NCBI GenBank assembly: GCA_963674735.2
Contig: CAXXQS010000002.1
Coordinates: 160,001 to 224,000 of the forward strand
Length of the DNA stretch: 64,000 nt
Source: Myxococcota bacterium
GTDB taxonomy: Bacteria; Myxococcota_A; SURF-8
Direction: 5' to 3'
This document shows positions 40,584 through 51,484 of this stretch, in pieces. The notes below the pieces were generated by a model. That model did not search any database. It was not told where the DNA came from and saw only the letters and a list, made by a program, of their open reading frames with translations. Made by a program: the position numbers and the translations under genes. Positions within the stretch are counted from its first letter, which is position 1, and each line of letters starts with the position of its first letter.

Positions 40584-42080
40584 TTAATTAATTCCCACCG
40601 ATTCTGCCGGATTTTCCAAACGCACCGACCGATACACGCCCCAACCCTCGGGCAGAACCGCCTCCCACACGACCTCTTTGGCGGCGTCGTGTGTCACTTC
40701 CACCAAGTAGGAAGGCTGATATTCGCGTCCGAACGTCACCAGTATATCCCCGTTAGACAGTTTATCCACATCCCCCCAGACATCGCAGTAAAGATCGGGA
40801 TCGTGGCGATATTCCCACACGACCTGGCTGGTCATGGTCTGGTCGTCGAACTCGATTTCCACCACCCGCGTGTATGCGCGCTTGTAGGGTTCGATGCGAT
40901 TGCCGTTGTCATACACCAGCACCCGGTTGTCGGCGGAAAACTCCGGGGCATGCTGGCGCGTAAACCATTCCCCGGACGTCAGGTTGAAATCGCCGTTGCG
41001 CCCGATCTGCCATTCCAGGAGTTCGGTGTCCATATCGATCTTGAACAAACTGTGTTGATCGCGTGAGGAAATCAAAAGCGCGTTTTCATTCGGGAAAGGC
41101 ACGATGGCGTTCAGATGCGCCCAGTCGTCGACAATCTCCGGGGGGGTGTACTGGTCACATAAGATCCACGACCAGGTAACGGCCTGCTGCTCCATATCCC
41201 AGATGTGCAGGGAACCGGACCAGTAATAATCGGCGGCGTCCCAGGCCGCCCCCGTGCATCCCTCGCGACCGCTGAGGAACATCAGCTTGCCCGGTTCCAC
41301 CAGCGAGATGTCGTGATGCATGATAAAGCTATCGCTCCAGACCAGTTGCCCCGACCAATCGACGATCCGCGCATCGATCCCCGACCAGGTGCCGCCGACC
41401 AGCACGCCCTGCGGCACGACACGTACATCGTTGTCCGATCCCGGACGTTCGGACTGGATTTTATGGTACCAGCGAAAACGGCCCATCTCGTCGATCATGG
41501 CCACGATCACCGGCTGTTCCTCGGTGGAATCGACCAAATTGAACAGCGTAAAGCCCGGCTGCATGCGGTTGGCTTTTCTGACGTTGATCGTAACCTCGGG
41601 GAAGAAGCTCGGAAGAGGGCTGACGGTGTACGCATGATCCTCGTAATACCAGCGGTCTTCATTATCGGCCGCCCCGATGGTGAAGGTGCAGTCGGCATCG
41701 CCGATGAGGCTCATCACGAAGACGGCATGCGTTTGACTGCGGGTCTCGTTTCGATATTGCAGAAAGACGTCCGAGCCGCAGCGCACATCCAGATATGTCG
41801 GCGAGGCCGGTTCGGAGTTCCACTCGACAAAGGCCGAAAGCATATTGGCGGGATTTTCCACCAGGCTGACGCCGGAAATCGTGACCTCAGCATCGGGGTT
41901 GCTTTCCAACTCGTAATCGCCGTCGCTCCCGGCCGAATCGCCATCGGCGCCATCACCGTCGGGGTTATCCCCATCGACCGAATCGCCGTCATCCGACGAT
42001 TCACAGGCCCCCATCCCCAGACTAATCGCCAGTACGATCAATAAAGCTGCAAGCTTCCACACGCCCACGCCATTGAGCAT
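40584..42080 (-). CDS. Arylsulfotransferase (ASST) family lipoprotein with DGD stalk
   Basis: Lipobox MGA-C; MHHD, DWAHLNAI, ISSR, RQHAP, YDNGNR. Confidence 0.85.
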   Translation of the reverse strand: MLNGVGVWKLAALLIVLAISLGMGACESSDDGDSVDGDNPDGDGADGDSAGSDGDYELESNPDAEVTISGVSLVENPANMLSAFVEWNSEPASPTYLDVRCGSDVFLQYRNETRSQTHAVFVMSLIGDADCTFTIGAADNEDRWYYEDHAYTVSPLPSFFPEVTINVRKANRMQPGFTLFNLVDSTEEQPVIVAMIDEMGRFRWYHKIQSERPGSDNDVRVVPQGVLVGGTWSGIDARIVDWSGQLVWSDSFIMHHDISLVEPGKLMFLSGREGCTGAAWDAADYYWSGSLHIWDMEQQAVTWSWILCDQYTPPEIVDDWAHLNAIVPFPNENALLISSRDQHSLFKIDMDTELLEWQIGRNGDFNLTSGEWFTRQHAPEFSADNRVLVYDNGNRIEPYKRAYTRVVEIEFDDQTMTSQVVWEYRHDPDLYCDVWGDVDKLSNGDILVTFGREYQPSYLVEVTHDAAKEVVWEAVLPEGWGVYRSVRLENPAESVGIN

Positions 42081-42210
42081 AGTATCACCCGTTCAGAGAT
42101 AGTCGTATCAATTCCCTATCTGAATTATAGCGATATACAGGCAAATATCAACTATTGTCAACGTTTTATTGAAGCTAATTTGTAATACGATCAATTGACT
42201 TGCACCTTTT

Positions 42211-42825
42211 TTAGGCTTCTTCGATGATTTTATTCTCATAATATCGGATGGCCCGTCGGCCGACGGCCCGAGCGGCCAGCCAGTCGGCGGCAAAGCCGAA
42301 GGGTGCTCCGGCTACCGGGACTCCACGCGCCAGCGACGCCACCGCCCGCTCGCCCAGCCGTTGTATGATCCGATCTCCCAAAACGCGCCAAATCACGGCG
42401 GCCGCCTGCAAAGTCAAGGCCTTGGTGGCCGAGATCCCTGCCTGCCGCAACCAGGCCGACGCCTTGTCTCCCGCCAGAATCATGTAGAGATCGGTCTTCA
42501 AGTCGGTTTGATCGGCGGTGTATCCATATAGATAGGCGATGGTATAGGCCATGGTGGCCTGCAAGCGCAATGAGGCGATATAATCCGCCGGAAGCGTGAG
42601 CGGCATCGTGAACCAGCCGCCGATCCCGGCCGCCGCCCCCACCAGTCCGTTTACAAACGCACGTCGTTTGAGCAGTTTCTCGGCTAAGAATCGCGGAGGC
42701 AGATCGGGATAGCGTTGTTTCAGACGATCGACCGACCGAATAAGCCGCGAGTGATTGGCGCTGGCGGCCCAATCCATCATCGCTTCCAAGGTCCGACGTT
42801 TGATCGTCTGCGGGATACGGCTCAT
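42211..42825 (-). CDS. EcsC-family protein
   Basis: GAAAGIGG..TLPAD..LQATMAYTIAYLYG..RGVPVAGA pattern. Confidence 0.75.
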   Translation of the reverse strand: MSRIPQTIKRRTLEAMMDWAASANHSRLIRSVDRLKQRYPDLPPRFLAEKLLKRRAFVNGLVGAAAGIGGWFTMPLTLPADYIASLRLQATMAYTIAYLYGYTADQTDLKTDLYMILAGDKASAWLRQAGISATKALTLQAAAVIWRVLGDRIIQRLGERAVASLARGVPVAGAPFGFAADWLAARAVGRRAIRYYENKIIEEA

Positions 42826-42948
42826 GGCCTATCTTCTCCATTGTAAAACTGCCTGTTTTCTAAGCATAACGCATTTATGCTGATACGGCCAATCGCGAGT
42901 TCCCGCAGCGGCGGACAGACGCCAACCCCATTCCGGTCGAGCTCGAAC

Positions 42949-42981
42949 AAAAAAAAAGGGCCGGACCCGAAGGTCCGGCCC
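42949..42981 (-). terminator. Intrinsic terminator
   Basis: Minus strand GGGCCGGACC-TTCG-GGTCCGGCCC-T9. Confidence 0.92.
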
Positions 42982-43003
42982 GGAAAACCTAAGCGACTTC
43001 GAA

Positions 43004-45790
43004 TTACTTCGTCGAAGCAGTCGGGCAATCGCGCGCCCAGTCGCCGACATCCGCCGCCGTAACACAGTAGTAGTTACAACTATACAGGCCGCAGGCCCAA
43101 CCGCAGGTCGGATTATCGCCTTCACAGGTGAAGGTATGCGTCAAGCCCGCCTGGCAATGCTGCAAGGTGCTGTTGTCAACGCAGCAGTTCTGGCCATCGA
43201 TCTGACCGTTGCACATGTCCTGCGGATCCGCTTCGACGGCAAGGGTGAATTCCTTGTTGGGATAAGCCCCCTCAGGCATCTCGCCGTCCACGATGAGATA
43301 GTAGGTGGTCGTTTCATCGGCGGTAAACTGCAAAGCCTCGAATTCGTCGCCATAATAGCCGTCCGCTCCGTCGAGACAGGTGGCCATATCCTTGCTGAGA
43401 TACATACCGATGTCGAGATCGTCCGAGGTGGATTCGATTTTGAACCGCACGGTCTGGTCAACGGCCAGATCGATTTCGAACATCAAGTCCTGGCCTTCGG
43501 TGTACCAATCGGTGCAGTCACTTCCGAAGTTGTAGTTGGCACAGCTCACGTTATGAGTGCCGCTGTAGGGTAGGTCGGCATAAGCGCCGAGGTCCACATT
43601 GTCAGCACAAACGACGCAGGCACCTTCATCGTCACCGGTGCGGCCCGAGGTGGTGAACGTCAGTTGCTGTCCGGCGGTCACGGTAAACGAATACCAGTCC
43701 GCATCGGCGGCGACGATTTCGCCATTGATCGTTCCGGGAACCGAAACCGTATTCGCATCGCCGAATGCATCGTTCGGTTCGGATTCTTCCAACACCACTT
43801 TGGTCACCACGCCGACCGTCAAGGCATACAAGCCGATGGTCTCGGCATCATAGCCTTCCACCTTGAGGAAGTAGGTTCCGGCCGTCGCGAAGGTATGGTC
43901 GATCTGCGAATAATAGATATAATCACTGAGATCGTCGTTGGCATCCAACTCGGTGGAGCCGTCCGTATCGAATAAGGTGATGTAGGTGTCTTCCACTTCA
44001 GGAGTTCCAGGTACGACTTCGCAGTACATGCTGTTCATGCAGTTATAGGAGTATTCGCAGGCTTCACCTTCATCAGCCGTTCCGACCTCTGTGGTGGCAA
44101 CACAGTACTTGTCGCCCAATTCGTCGACACAGGTATAGTTGGCCGGGCAGGTGCCACGCGTAGCCGGTTCACACATGACGTTGCAGGCATCGTTGAAGCA
44201 GAAGGCATCCTCGCCGCCGCACTGTACATCGTCGGTGCAGGCATCGCCGAAAGCCAGTTCCGCCACACACTCGCCCGGAGCCGTGTAGCCCATGGTTTCG
44301 ATCACCAGAACCTGGTTCGCCGTAACGTCGAATTTGACATAGTCCACGTCGCCCGACGAAAGGAAGCCGATGAACTTGGCCGGGACAGTGACGGTCTCGG
44401 CGCTGGCCGCGTCATTGTTCGATTCGGTTTCCATCATTTCGTTGAAGGTGCCGTCGCCGATGGTCAGCGCATACCAACCGCTACTCGAACCGTAAGCCGA
44501 CACCGCCACATAGTAGGTTCCGGCCGTCGTGAAGGTGTAGCTCAGCATGGAATACAGGCCATCGCCTTCATCGTCGCTCGCACCCAGTTCGGTGGTGCCA
44601 TCGGTGTCGAACAGGCTGAAGAGGGTGTCGCCCACTTCGTCGGTTCCGTCCAGATCGCAGTAAAGATTCGCCGCGCATTCGTACTGCTGGGCACAATCGT
44701 CACCGGAGGTCTGGGTTCCGATCTCGGAGTCGGCGATGCAGTATTCACCGTCGTTGGTTTCCGCACAGCTATAATCGGTGGGGCAGGCCGCCGCACCGTC
44801 TTCGCCGCAGGCAATGTTGCAGGCGTCCATGAAGCAGGCGCCATCGGCGCAGTTCCAATCATAGATGCAGTCGTCGCCGAAGGCACGGTCGACATATTCA
44901 TCCTGAACGCAGATCAGGTCGTCTTCCGCAATCTCGACACAGGTGAGGCCGTCGGGGCAAGAGTCGCCGGCCGCACGGGTGTTGATGGTGCATTCATCGG
45001 AGCAGAAAGCCTGCACGCCCTCTTCAAGACCGACGCAGTAGCGCGCGGCGCAATCGAAGCTGTAATCGCAGTCGTCGCCGACATCGCCCGGTCCCACCGG
45101 TACACAAATATAACCGAGGCTCGCCGAGGTGGCATCGAAGCATTCTCCGCAATCACCGCAGACCGCGGCATCGCTCTCACAATCCTTCGAGCAGAATTTC
45201 ACACCGCCGAATGCCAGGCAGGGTCCGCCGGTGTCGCAGTCTTCGTCGACGTTGCACACTTTGTACAGCTCGATGGAGCCATCGCCCGGATCGGTCGTGT
45301 CGGTCGGGATGCACACATTACCAAGACTACCGCCATCGACACATTCCATGCCGGTGGGGCATGAGGCCCGAGCGTCGAGCGTGCAAGCCTGGCTGCAGAA
45401 GGTCGTCCAGTCGTCATTGGCGGCCAGACACAGGTCGCTGGCGCATTCGTCGTTCAAATTACAGGGATAGTTGGCCGGATTGTCGGCGCTGCGGTGATTG
45501 CAGCCCGGGTCATCATCGCCATCGGTGTCACCGTCGGTATCGCCGTCGGTATCACCGTCGGTATCGCCGTCGGTATCGCCATCGGGATCGTCGCCGTCAG
45601 GGTCATCGCCGTCGGGGTCGTCGCCGTCGGGGTCGTCGCCATCGGGATCGTCGCCGTCAGGGTCATCGCCATCGTCGCCGTCAGTGGGGTCGTCTCCATC
45701 GGGATCGTCAAGCAGATCCTCGGCATCGCTGCAACCCCACGCCATCAACGCGAGCATCACGATAACCAGTAAAAGCCAATACTTTTTCAT
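43004..45790 (-). CDS. Lipoprotein with long DGD stalk, Cys-rich repeats and duplicated PPC-like domains
   Basis: AGGAGG RBS; lipobox AWG-C; two DTxxxLFDTDGxTEL..DD..YS....TF.TAGTY modules, each followed by E.E.N(N/D). Confidence 0.88.
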   Translation of the reverse strand: MKKYWLLLVIVMLALMAWGCSDAEDLLDDPDGDDPTDGDDGDDPDGDDPDGDDPDGDDPDGDDPDGDDPDGDTDGDTDGDTDGDTDGDTDGDDDPGCNHRSADNPANYPCNLNDECASDLCLAANDDWTTFCSQACTLDARASCPTGMECVDGGSLGNVCIPTDTTDPGDGSIELYKVCNVDEDCDTGGPCLAFGGVKFCSKDCESDAAVCGDCGECFDATSASLGYICVPVGPGDVGDDCDYSFDCAARYCVGLEEGVQAFCSDECTINTRAAGDSCPDGLTCVEIAEDDLICVQDEYVDRAFGDDCIYDWNCADGACFMDACNIACGEDGAAACPTDYSCAETNDGEYCIADSEIGTQTSGDDCAQQYECAANLYCDLDGTDEVGDTLFSLFDTDGTTELGASDDEGDGLYSMLSYTFTTAGTYYVAVSAYGSSSGWYALTIGDGTFNEMMETESNNDAASAETVTVPAKFIGFLSSGDVDYVKFDVTANQVLVIETMGYTAPGECVAELAFGDACTDDVQCGGEDAFCFNDACNVMCEPATRGTCPANYTCVDELGDKYCVATTEVGTADEGEACEYSYNCMNSMYCEVVPGTPEVEDTYITLFDTDGSTELDANDDLSDYIYYSQIDHTFATAGTYFLKVEGYDAETIGLYALTVGVVTKVVLEESEPNDAFGDANTVSVPGTINGEIVAADADWYSFTVTAGQQLTFTTSGRTGDDEGACVVCADNVDLGAYADLPYSGTHNVSCANYNFGSDCTDWYTEGQDLMFEIDLAVDQTVRFKIESTSDDLDIGMYLSKDMATCLDGADGYYGDEFEALQFTADETTTYYLIVDGEMPEGAYPNKEFTLAVEADPQDMCNGQIDGQNCCVDNSTLQHCQAGLTHTFTCEGDNPTCGWACGLYSCNYYCVTAADVGDWARDCPTASTK
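45506..45710 (-). repeat. Coding 15-bp (DPDGD) and 12-bp (TDGD) tandem repeats
   Basis: Near-identical GTCGCCGTCGGGGTC and CGCCGTCGGTAT units. Confidence 0.9.
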
Positions 45791-45979
45791 GAGCTTCCTC
45801 CTCTAATATGGTTCATGTCTATAAATCTTACCTAACAGAGTAAACGGCCAAGCCGTCCGTTGCAAGCATAATTAATAGTTTCTTTTTATATTTATTCACC
45901 ACGTGAGGTACCGTCCCTCATCCGATCGTTTCACCCATTACCTCGATTTTGGCAGATCCCGTCATATAAAAGATCGCCC

Positions 45980-46555
45980 TCATGGATACACGCCCTCCAA
46001 ACGCCCGGAAGCCAGAGCCGTACTCATGAGTTGTTGCGTCACCCGATCCCCGCGTCGGCCTTCCAGATCCGCCGCCGTCACCGCTTCCGGCATGGCGAAA
46101 AGCTGAACCCGGTAGGTATGCGAGCCGCTGGGCGGACAAGGCGCGCCATAACCGCTGCGTCCGAAGGTATTCTCCAATTCCTCGGCCCCCGCCGGCATGG
46201 CCGTCCCACTGGCTCCCTCAGCCAGCGAAGAGAGGTCGGGGGACAAACCGACCACCAGCCAGTGCACCCAGTATTCGGCCACCGGATCCGGGTCGTCCAT
46301 CAGCAGAACAAGCTCGCGTGTGCCCTCGGGTATGCCCGACCAGTTGAGCGGAATCGAGGGTTTGTCGATGCCGCCGTCCGGCTGGCAGCCGTACTCGGCG
46401 GGAATCGCCTCCCCGTTTTCGAAGGAAGAAGAGACAATCGTCAGATCGTCGGCCGAAGAGGTATCGCCATCTCCAGTCTCAGCGTCTTCCGAGCGGCAGG
46501 CAAACGTCCCTGATAGAAAAAGTATCAACAACGCAACAACCGGTCGTATCCGCAT
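45980..46555 (-). CDS. YbhB/YbcL (PEBP) family lipoprotein
   Basis: Lipobox TFA-C; MDDPD, WVHW, GYGAPCPPSGSHTY. Confidence 0.92.
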   Translation of the reverse strand: MRIRPVVALLILFLSGTFACRSEDAETGDGDTSSADDLTIVSSSFENGEAIPAEYGCQPDGGIDKPSIPLNWSGIPEGTRELVLLMDDPDPVAEYWVHWLVVGLSPDLSSLAEGASGTAMPAGAEELENTFGRSGYGAPCPPSGSHTYRVQLFAMPEAVTAADLEGRRGDRVTQQLMSTALASGRLEGVYP

Positions 46556-46807
46556 CAGCGCCTCCCGACCCGATCAACATGATAAAGAGTGACTACGAGA
46601 GTAGCGTGCTTCCTTTCACTTGGCAAGCACCATTTTTGTTCCAACATGTAGATCTCACTGATAACAATTAGTTATAAATTATTCCCTGATCTACCAAAGG
46701 GAGTGCTGAAGCCTAAAACAGTAAAAAAATTAAGGGAATGTCCTCTCCGCCCGATCTATCCTTTATAGGTCCTGCAAGGCCGATTTGCGTTCCGGCTTGC
46801 TTTATGC

Positions 46808-46835
46808 TTGACCTGCAGACGATTGGTGGTAGGAT
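46808..46835 (+). promoter_or_regulatory. Sigma70-like promoter of yhaM
   Basis: TTGACC-N16-TAGGAT with extended TG. Confidence 0.5.
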
Positions 46836-46877
46836 GCACATCCGATTTTAGGACTGCCGAACTGGGAGTATTAACAC

Positions 46878-48035
46878 ATGGCAGAGGGGAAAACGTGGTT
46901 CGTCAAAGATATCCGGCCGGACGATCAGTTTGTGTCGGTCTTTCTGTGTCAGACCAAGAATAATTTCACCGGGAAAACCGGCCAACCTTACCTGTCCTTG
47001 AGCCTGGTCGACAAAACCGGGGCCGTCGACGGCAAGGTCTGGGATAACGCCGCCGCCCAGAGCGAGCGCTTCAATGAAGGCGATTACGTCAAGGTGAAGG
47101 CCACCGCGACCACCTTCAACAGCCGCCTGCAGCTGCGTGTCGGGGCTATTACGGCGGTTCCGGAAGACACCGTCGATCCGAGCGATTTCTTCCCGACCAG
47201 CCAGTTCGATATCGACGACATGATGGCCGAGTTGCGCGCCATCGTCGACGATCTGGAAAACGCCGACATCAAACGCCTGCTGGTGGCCTTTCTCGACGAT
47301 CCCGAGTTCGCGCAGCGCTTCCGCTTAGCCCCGGCCGCGCGCAGCATCCACCACAACTTCCTCGGCGGTCTGCTCGAACATACCCTGTCGCTGGCCAAGC
47401 TGGGGGTGTTGCTCAGTGGCCACTACCCGCAGGTCGATCGCTCCATGCTGATCGCGGGAGTCATGCTGCACGATATCGGCAAAACCCGGGAATTGAGCTA
47501 CGACCGATCCGCCGGTTATACCGACGAAGGCCGCCTGGTCGGCCACATCACCTTGGGCGTCGAGATGCTCAACGCCAAAATCGCCGAGTTGGGCGATTTT
47601 CCGGCCGAGCTCAAGATGCTTATCACACACATGATCTTGTCTCACCACGGAGTTTTGGAGTACGGTTCGCCGAAGCGTCCCAAAATCGTGGAAGCCATGG
47701 TTCTTTCGATGATGGACGACCTGGATGCACGCGTTTTCAGCTTCCAGACCATCCTCGAACAGGAAACCCAGAACACGCGCTGGTCGAGCTTTCAACGCAT
47801 CTATGACCGTTTCCTGTATCGCTGGCAAGGCGCCGACGATCTGACGGCCACAGAGAAAGCGGAACCGCAGGGACAGGCAGCGGTCGTTCCCGATCACCGT
47901 CCGACCGAAAAGCCGCGTTCAACCGAGGGTTTCTCCAATCAGATCCACTTGTCCAATGAAAACAGCGGCCAGAACCAATCAAAGAAGACCGAAACGGCAA
48001 ACCTGGATTTGCCGTTAGGCAAAGGACGCCGCTGA
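46878..48035 (+). CDS. yhaM: 3'-5' exoribonuclease YhaM family (OB fold + HD)
   Basis: YLSLSLVDKTG..KVW; APAARSIHH..GGLLEH; LHDIGK; EGRLVGH; ILSHHG..EYGSP. Confidence 0.9.
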   Translation: MAEGKTWFVKDIRPDDQFVSVFLCQTKNNFTGKTGQPYLSLSLVDKTGAVDGKVWDNAAAQSERFNEGDYVKVKATATTFNSRLQLRVGAITAVPEDTVDPSDFFPTSQFDIDDMMAELRAIVDDLENADIKRLLVAFLDDPEFAQRFRLAPAARSIHHNFLGGLLEHTLSLAKLGVLLSGHYPQVDRSMLIAGVMLHDIGKTRELSYDRSAGYTDEGRLVGHITLGVEMLNAKIAELGDFPAELKMLITHMILSHHGVLEYGSPKRPKIVEAMVLSMMDDLDARVFSFQTILEQETQNTRWSSFQRIYDRFLYRWQGADDLTATEKAEPQGQAAVVPDHRPTEKPRSTEGFSNQIHLSNENSGQNQSKKTETANLDLPLGKGRR

Positions 48036-48126
48036 GCTTCGACGTATGTGAAAAATTTGTGGGGGATTGTGAATCGGGTTCGAATCAATAATGGATCGTT
48101 TTGTTAATCACGTAAGGAGAGATACC

Positions 48127-49146
48127 ATGAAGATCGCTATTAACGGTTTTGGTCGCATCGGCCGCGTCATCTTCCGCCAGGCTCTGAGCCGCAACGACGT
48201 GGAAATCATCGGCATCAACGACCTGACGCCGGTTCCCACCAGCGTGCACCTGCTCAAATACGACTCCGTGCACGGCAAGCTCAACGCCACCGTGGAAGAG
48301 TCTGAAAAGGGCATCAAGGTCAACGGCAAAGAGATCCCCATTTACTCCACCACCAACGTGGACGAAGTGGCGGGTCACTTCAAAGACGCCGATCTGGTGC
48401 TCGAATGCACCGGTAAAATCGTCGGCAAAGAAAACCTGCAGAAGTTCATCACCGCCGGCGTCAAATACGTCATCGTGTCGCGTCCGGCGAAAAGCGCCGA
48501 CGAAGTGGACGGCACCTTCGTGTTGGGCGTCAACCACAAGACGCTGAACACCGAAACGCAGAAGATCGTCTCCAACGCGTCCTGCACCACCAACTGCCTG
48601 GCGCCCGTCGCCGCCACCCTGCACAATAAATTCGGCATCGTGGAAGGCTTGATGACCACCATCCATTCCTACACCAACGATCAGAACACCCTCGATCAGG
48701 GTCACAAAGACCTGCGTCGCGCCCGCGCCGCCGCCCTGTCGATGATCCCCACCACCACCGGCGCCGCCCGTGCGGTGGGACTGGTCATTCCCGATCTCAA
48801 TGGTAAATTGGACGGCTTCGCCATCCGCGTTCCCACCCCGAACGTCTCCATCGTCGATCTGACCGCCACCCTGAAAACGGCCGTCACCGCCGAGCAGATC
48901 AACGCCGAGCTTAAAAAAGCCGCCGAAGGCGACCTGAAGGGCTTCTTGGCTTATACCGAAGAACCGCTGGTCTCCAACGATTTCAACGGCACCGAAGTCA
49001 GCTCCACCGTCGACGCGTCGCTCACCAAGGTGCTGGGCAAAGAAGGAACGCTGGTCAAGGTTATCGCCTGGTACGACAACGAGACCGGCTACTCCACGCG
49101 CATGCTCGACCTGGCGCGTTACATGATGACCGGCAGCTACAAGTAA
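48127..49146 (+). CDS. gap: Type I glyceraldehyde-3-phosphate dehydrogenase
   Basis: INGFGRIGR, SNASCTTNCL, WYDNE. Confidence 0.98.
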   Translation: MKIAINGFGRIGRVIFRQALSRNDVEIIGINDLTPVPTSVHLLKYDSVHGKLNATVEESEKGIKVNGKEIPIYSTTNVDEVAGHFKDADLVLECTGKIVGKENLQKFITAGVKYVIVSRPAKSADEVDGTFVLGVNHKTLNTETQKIVSNASCTTNCLAPVAATLHNKFGIVEGLMTTIHSYTNDQNTLDQGHKDLRRARAAALSMIPTTTGAARAVGLVIPDLNGKLDGFAIRVPTPNVSIVDLTATLKTAVTAEQINAELKKAAEGDLKGFLAYTEEPLVSNDFNGTEVSSTVDASLTKVLGKEGTLVKVIAWYDNETGYSTRMLDLARYMMTGSYK

Positions 49147-49161
49147 GGCAAGGAGGTCGTC

Positions 49162-50343
49162 ATGACCATCAAACATATCGAAGATCTCAACGTTGAGGAA
49201 CAACGCGTCTTCATGCGCGTCGACTTCAACTGCCCGCTCAAAGAGGGCAAGGTCGCCGACGACACCCGTATCCGCGCCGCCCTGCCCTCGATTCAGTATC
49301 TGCTGAGCAAGGGTGCACGGCTGATTCTGGCTTCCCATCTGGGTCGCCCCAAGGGCCAGGTCGTGAAAGAAATGTCTCTCGAACCGGTGGCCGTGCGTCT
49401 GTCCGAGTTGCTCAACCAGGACATCATCATCACCGATGACTGCATCGGCGACGGCGCGAAAAAAGTGGTGACCGATCTGCGCGCCGGTCAGGTGGCGCTT
49501 TTGGAAAACCTGCGTTTCCACAAAGAGGAAACCGACAACGACGAAAACTTCGCCCGCAAGCTGGCCGCGCTGGCGGATGCTTACGTCAACGATGCCTTCG
49601 GCACGGCGCACCGCGCCCACGCCTCGACGGCGGGCATCACCAAATTCGTCCAGGAACGCGCCGCCGGTTACCTGATGTTCAAGGAGTTGGAGAATCTGGG
49701 CAAAGTGCTCAAAGACCCCGAGAAACCGTTCGTCGCCATTTTGGGAGGCGCGAAAGTGTCCGACAAGATGGGCGTGATCGAAAACCTGCTCGACCGGGTC
49801 GATACGCTGCTGATCGGCGGCGGTATGGCCTATACCTTCCTGTTGGCCCAGGGCTTGCCGGTGGGCGATTCGCTGATCGAAAAAGATCGCCTCGAATTCG
49901 CCGTCAAGATCCTGAAGGGCGCGAAGGCGCGCAACGTTCAGCTGCTGCTGCCGGTGGATCACGTGATCGCCGCCGAGGTCAGCCCGGACGCCAAGGCCAA
50001 GACCGTCCGTATGGAAGACGTCCCGGCCGGGATGAAGTGCCTGGATATCGGCCCGCAGACCCGCGCCGCCTTCGAGGCGGAGGTGGCCGAGGCGAAGACC
50101 ATCTTCTGGAACGGGCCCATGGGCGTGTTCGAGATGGAACCTTTCTCTGCCGGAACGCTGGGCCTGGCCAAGGCCGTGGCCGCGTCCGACGCGGTGTCCG
50201 TCATCGGCGGCGGCGACTCGGTGGCGGCCGTCAACAAGGCGGGGGTGGCGGACAAGATTTCGCACATCTCCACCGGCGGCGGCGCATCGATGGAATTCAT
50301 GGAAGGCAAAATCCTGCCCGGCATCGCCGCGCTGGATAGTTAG
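49162..50343 (+). CDS. pgk: Phosphoglycerate kinase
   Basis: [31 protein letters not shown]. Confidence 0.98.
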   Translation: MTIKHIEDLNVEEQRVFMRVDFNCPLKEGKVADDTRIRAALPSIQYLLSKGARLILASHLGRPKGQVVKEMSLEPVAVRLSELLNQDIIITDDCIGDGAKKVVTDLRAGQVALLENLRFHKEETDNDENFARKLAALADAYVNDAFGTAHRAHASTAGITKFVQERAAGYLMFKELENLGKVLKDPEKPFVAILGGAKVSDKMGVIENLLDRVDTLLIGGGMAYTFLLAQGLPVGDSLIEKDRLEFAVKILKGAKARNVQLLLPVDHVIAAEVSPDAKAKTVRMEDVPAGMKCLDIGPQTRAAFEAEVAEAKTIFWNGPMGVFEMEPFSAGTLGLAKAVAASDAVSVIGGGDSVAAVNKAGVADKISHISTGGGASMEFMEGKILPGIAALDS

Positions 50344-50357
50344 GAAGCGAGGAAACC

Positions 50358-51116
50358 ATGCGAATCCCGATTATGGCCGGGAACTGGAAAATGTACAAAA
50401 CCCCCGACGAAGCAGCCGCTTTGGCCGCCGAGTTGAAGCCGCTGGTGAAAGACGCCCAGGGCGTCGAGATCCTGCTGTGCCCCTCGGCGCTGGCGATTGC
50501 GGCGGTGGGTCAAACCCTAAACGGCAGCAACATCCTGCTGGGGGGGCAGAACTGCTACCCCGTGGCGGAAGGCGCTTACACCGGCGAGAATTCTCCCGCC
50601 ATGCTGAAGGCGGCCGGTTGCAGCCACGTCATCCTCGGGCATTCCGAGCGACGACAGTACTTTAATGAAAGTGACGCCTTCATCAACGAGAAGACGAAGG
50701 CCGCGTTGGAATTCGGGTTGGTGCCCATCGTGTGCGTGGGCGAGAGCCTGGAGCAGCGCGAGAGCGATCAGACCTTCGACGTGGTGGGCGGTCAGGTGGA
50801 AAAAGCGCTGGCCGGTTTCACTCCCGCGCAGGTGGCCGGAATGATTCTGGCCTATGAGCCCATCTGGGCCATCGGCACCGGCAAAACCGCCTCGCCCGAA
50901 CAAGCCCAGGACGTTCACGCCTTCATTCGCGGCAAGCTGGCCGAGCTGTTCGACAAAGCCACCGCCGACGCCGTGCGCATCCAGTACGGCGGTTCGGTGA
51001 AGCCGGGCAACGTGGACGAACTGATGGCCAAACCCGACATCGACGGCGCGCTGGTTGGCGGAGCTTCGCTCAAAGCCGACAGCTTCGCACGCATCGTCAA
51101 CTTCGTCAAAGCCTGA
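50358..51116 (+). CDS. tpiA: Triosephosphate isomerase
   Basis: AGNWKM, GHSERR, AYEPIWAIGTG, YGGSV. Confidence 0.98.
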   Translation: MRIPIMAGNWKMYKTPDEAAALAAELKPLVKDAQGVEILLCPSALAIAAVGQTLNGSNILLGGQNCYPVAEGAYTGENSPAMLKAAGCSHVILGHSERRQYFNESDAFINEKTKAALEFGLVPIVCVGESLEQRESDQTFDVVGGQVEKALAGFTPAQVAGMILAYEPIWAIGTGKTASPEQAQDVHAFIRGKLAELFDKATADAVRIQYGGSVKPGNVDELMAKPDIDGALVGGASLKADSFARIVNFVKA

Positions 51117-51140
51117 TTCTCAGGTAATTCGCAGACTTGC

Positions 51141-51175
51141 ACCGTCCGTCGCGCATGCGGCGGGCGGTTTTTTTT
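51141..51175 (+). terminator. Intrinsic terminator of gap-pgk-tpiA
   Basis: ACCGTCCGTCGC-GCAT-GCGGCGGGCGGT followed by a T run. Confidence 0.9.
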
Positions 51176-51484
51176 GCTCGGGGGGAGGGAATCAGGGCGC
51201 GTTTCCGACGGGCTCAGAGGCCGAGACCACCGAAGTTTGTTCTTTCGTTCGGGGCCAAAGTTGACCTGCGTCTCTGCGTGCTGATGCGCACCGGTTCATT
51301 GACCCAATATCCGCTCATTTCGAGTAGCCGTTTTCAAAACGGCGTATCGAGGAACTCTACTCTACGATCTTGCGTCCAAGCTGGAGTGGATCTCCGCGAC
51401 GCAGCACTGCAACCGTCTCCGTGTTGGAGTGCGTCTCCCGACGGGCTCCAGGCTCTAAAGAAGTACCGTGTTGGTATACCTGAA

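Noticed and set aside
48085-50265. 726-aa minus-strand ORF (also 24232-25965 +, 34820-36769 +, 63175-63966 -)
   Set aside because: Antisense shadows of well-supported genes, expected from high-GC codon bias; no motifs.
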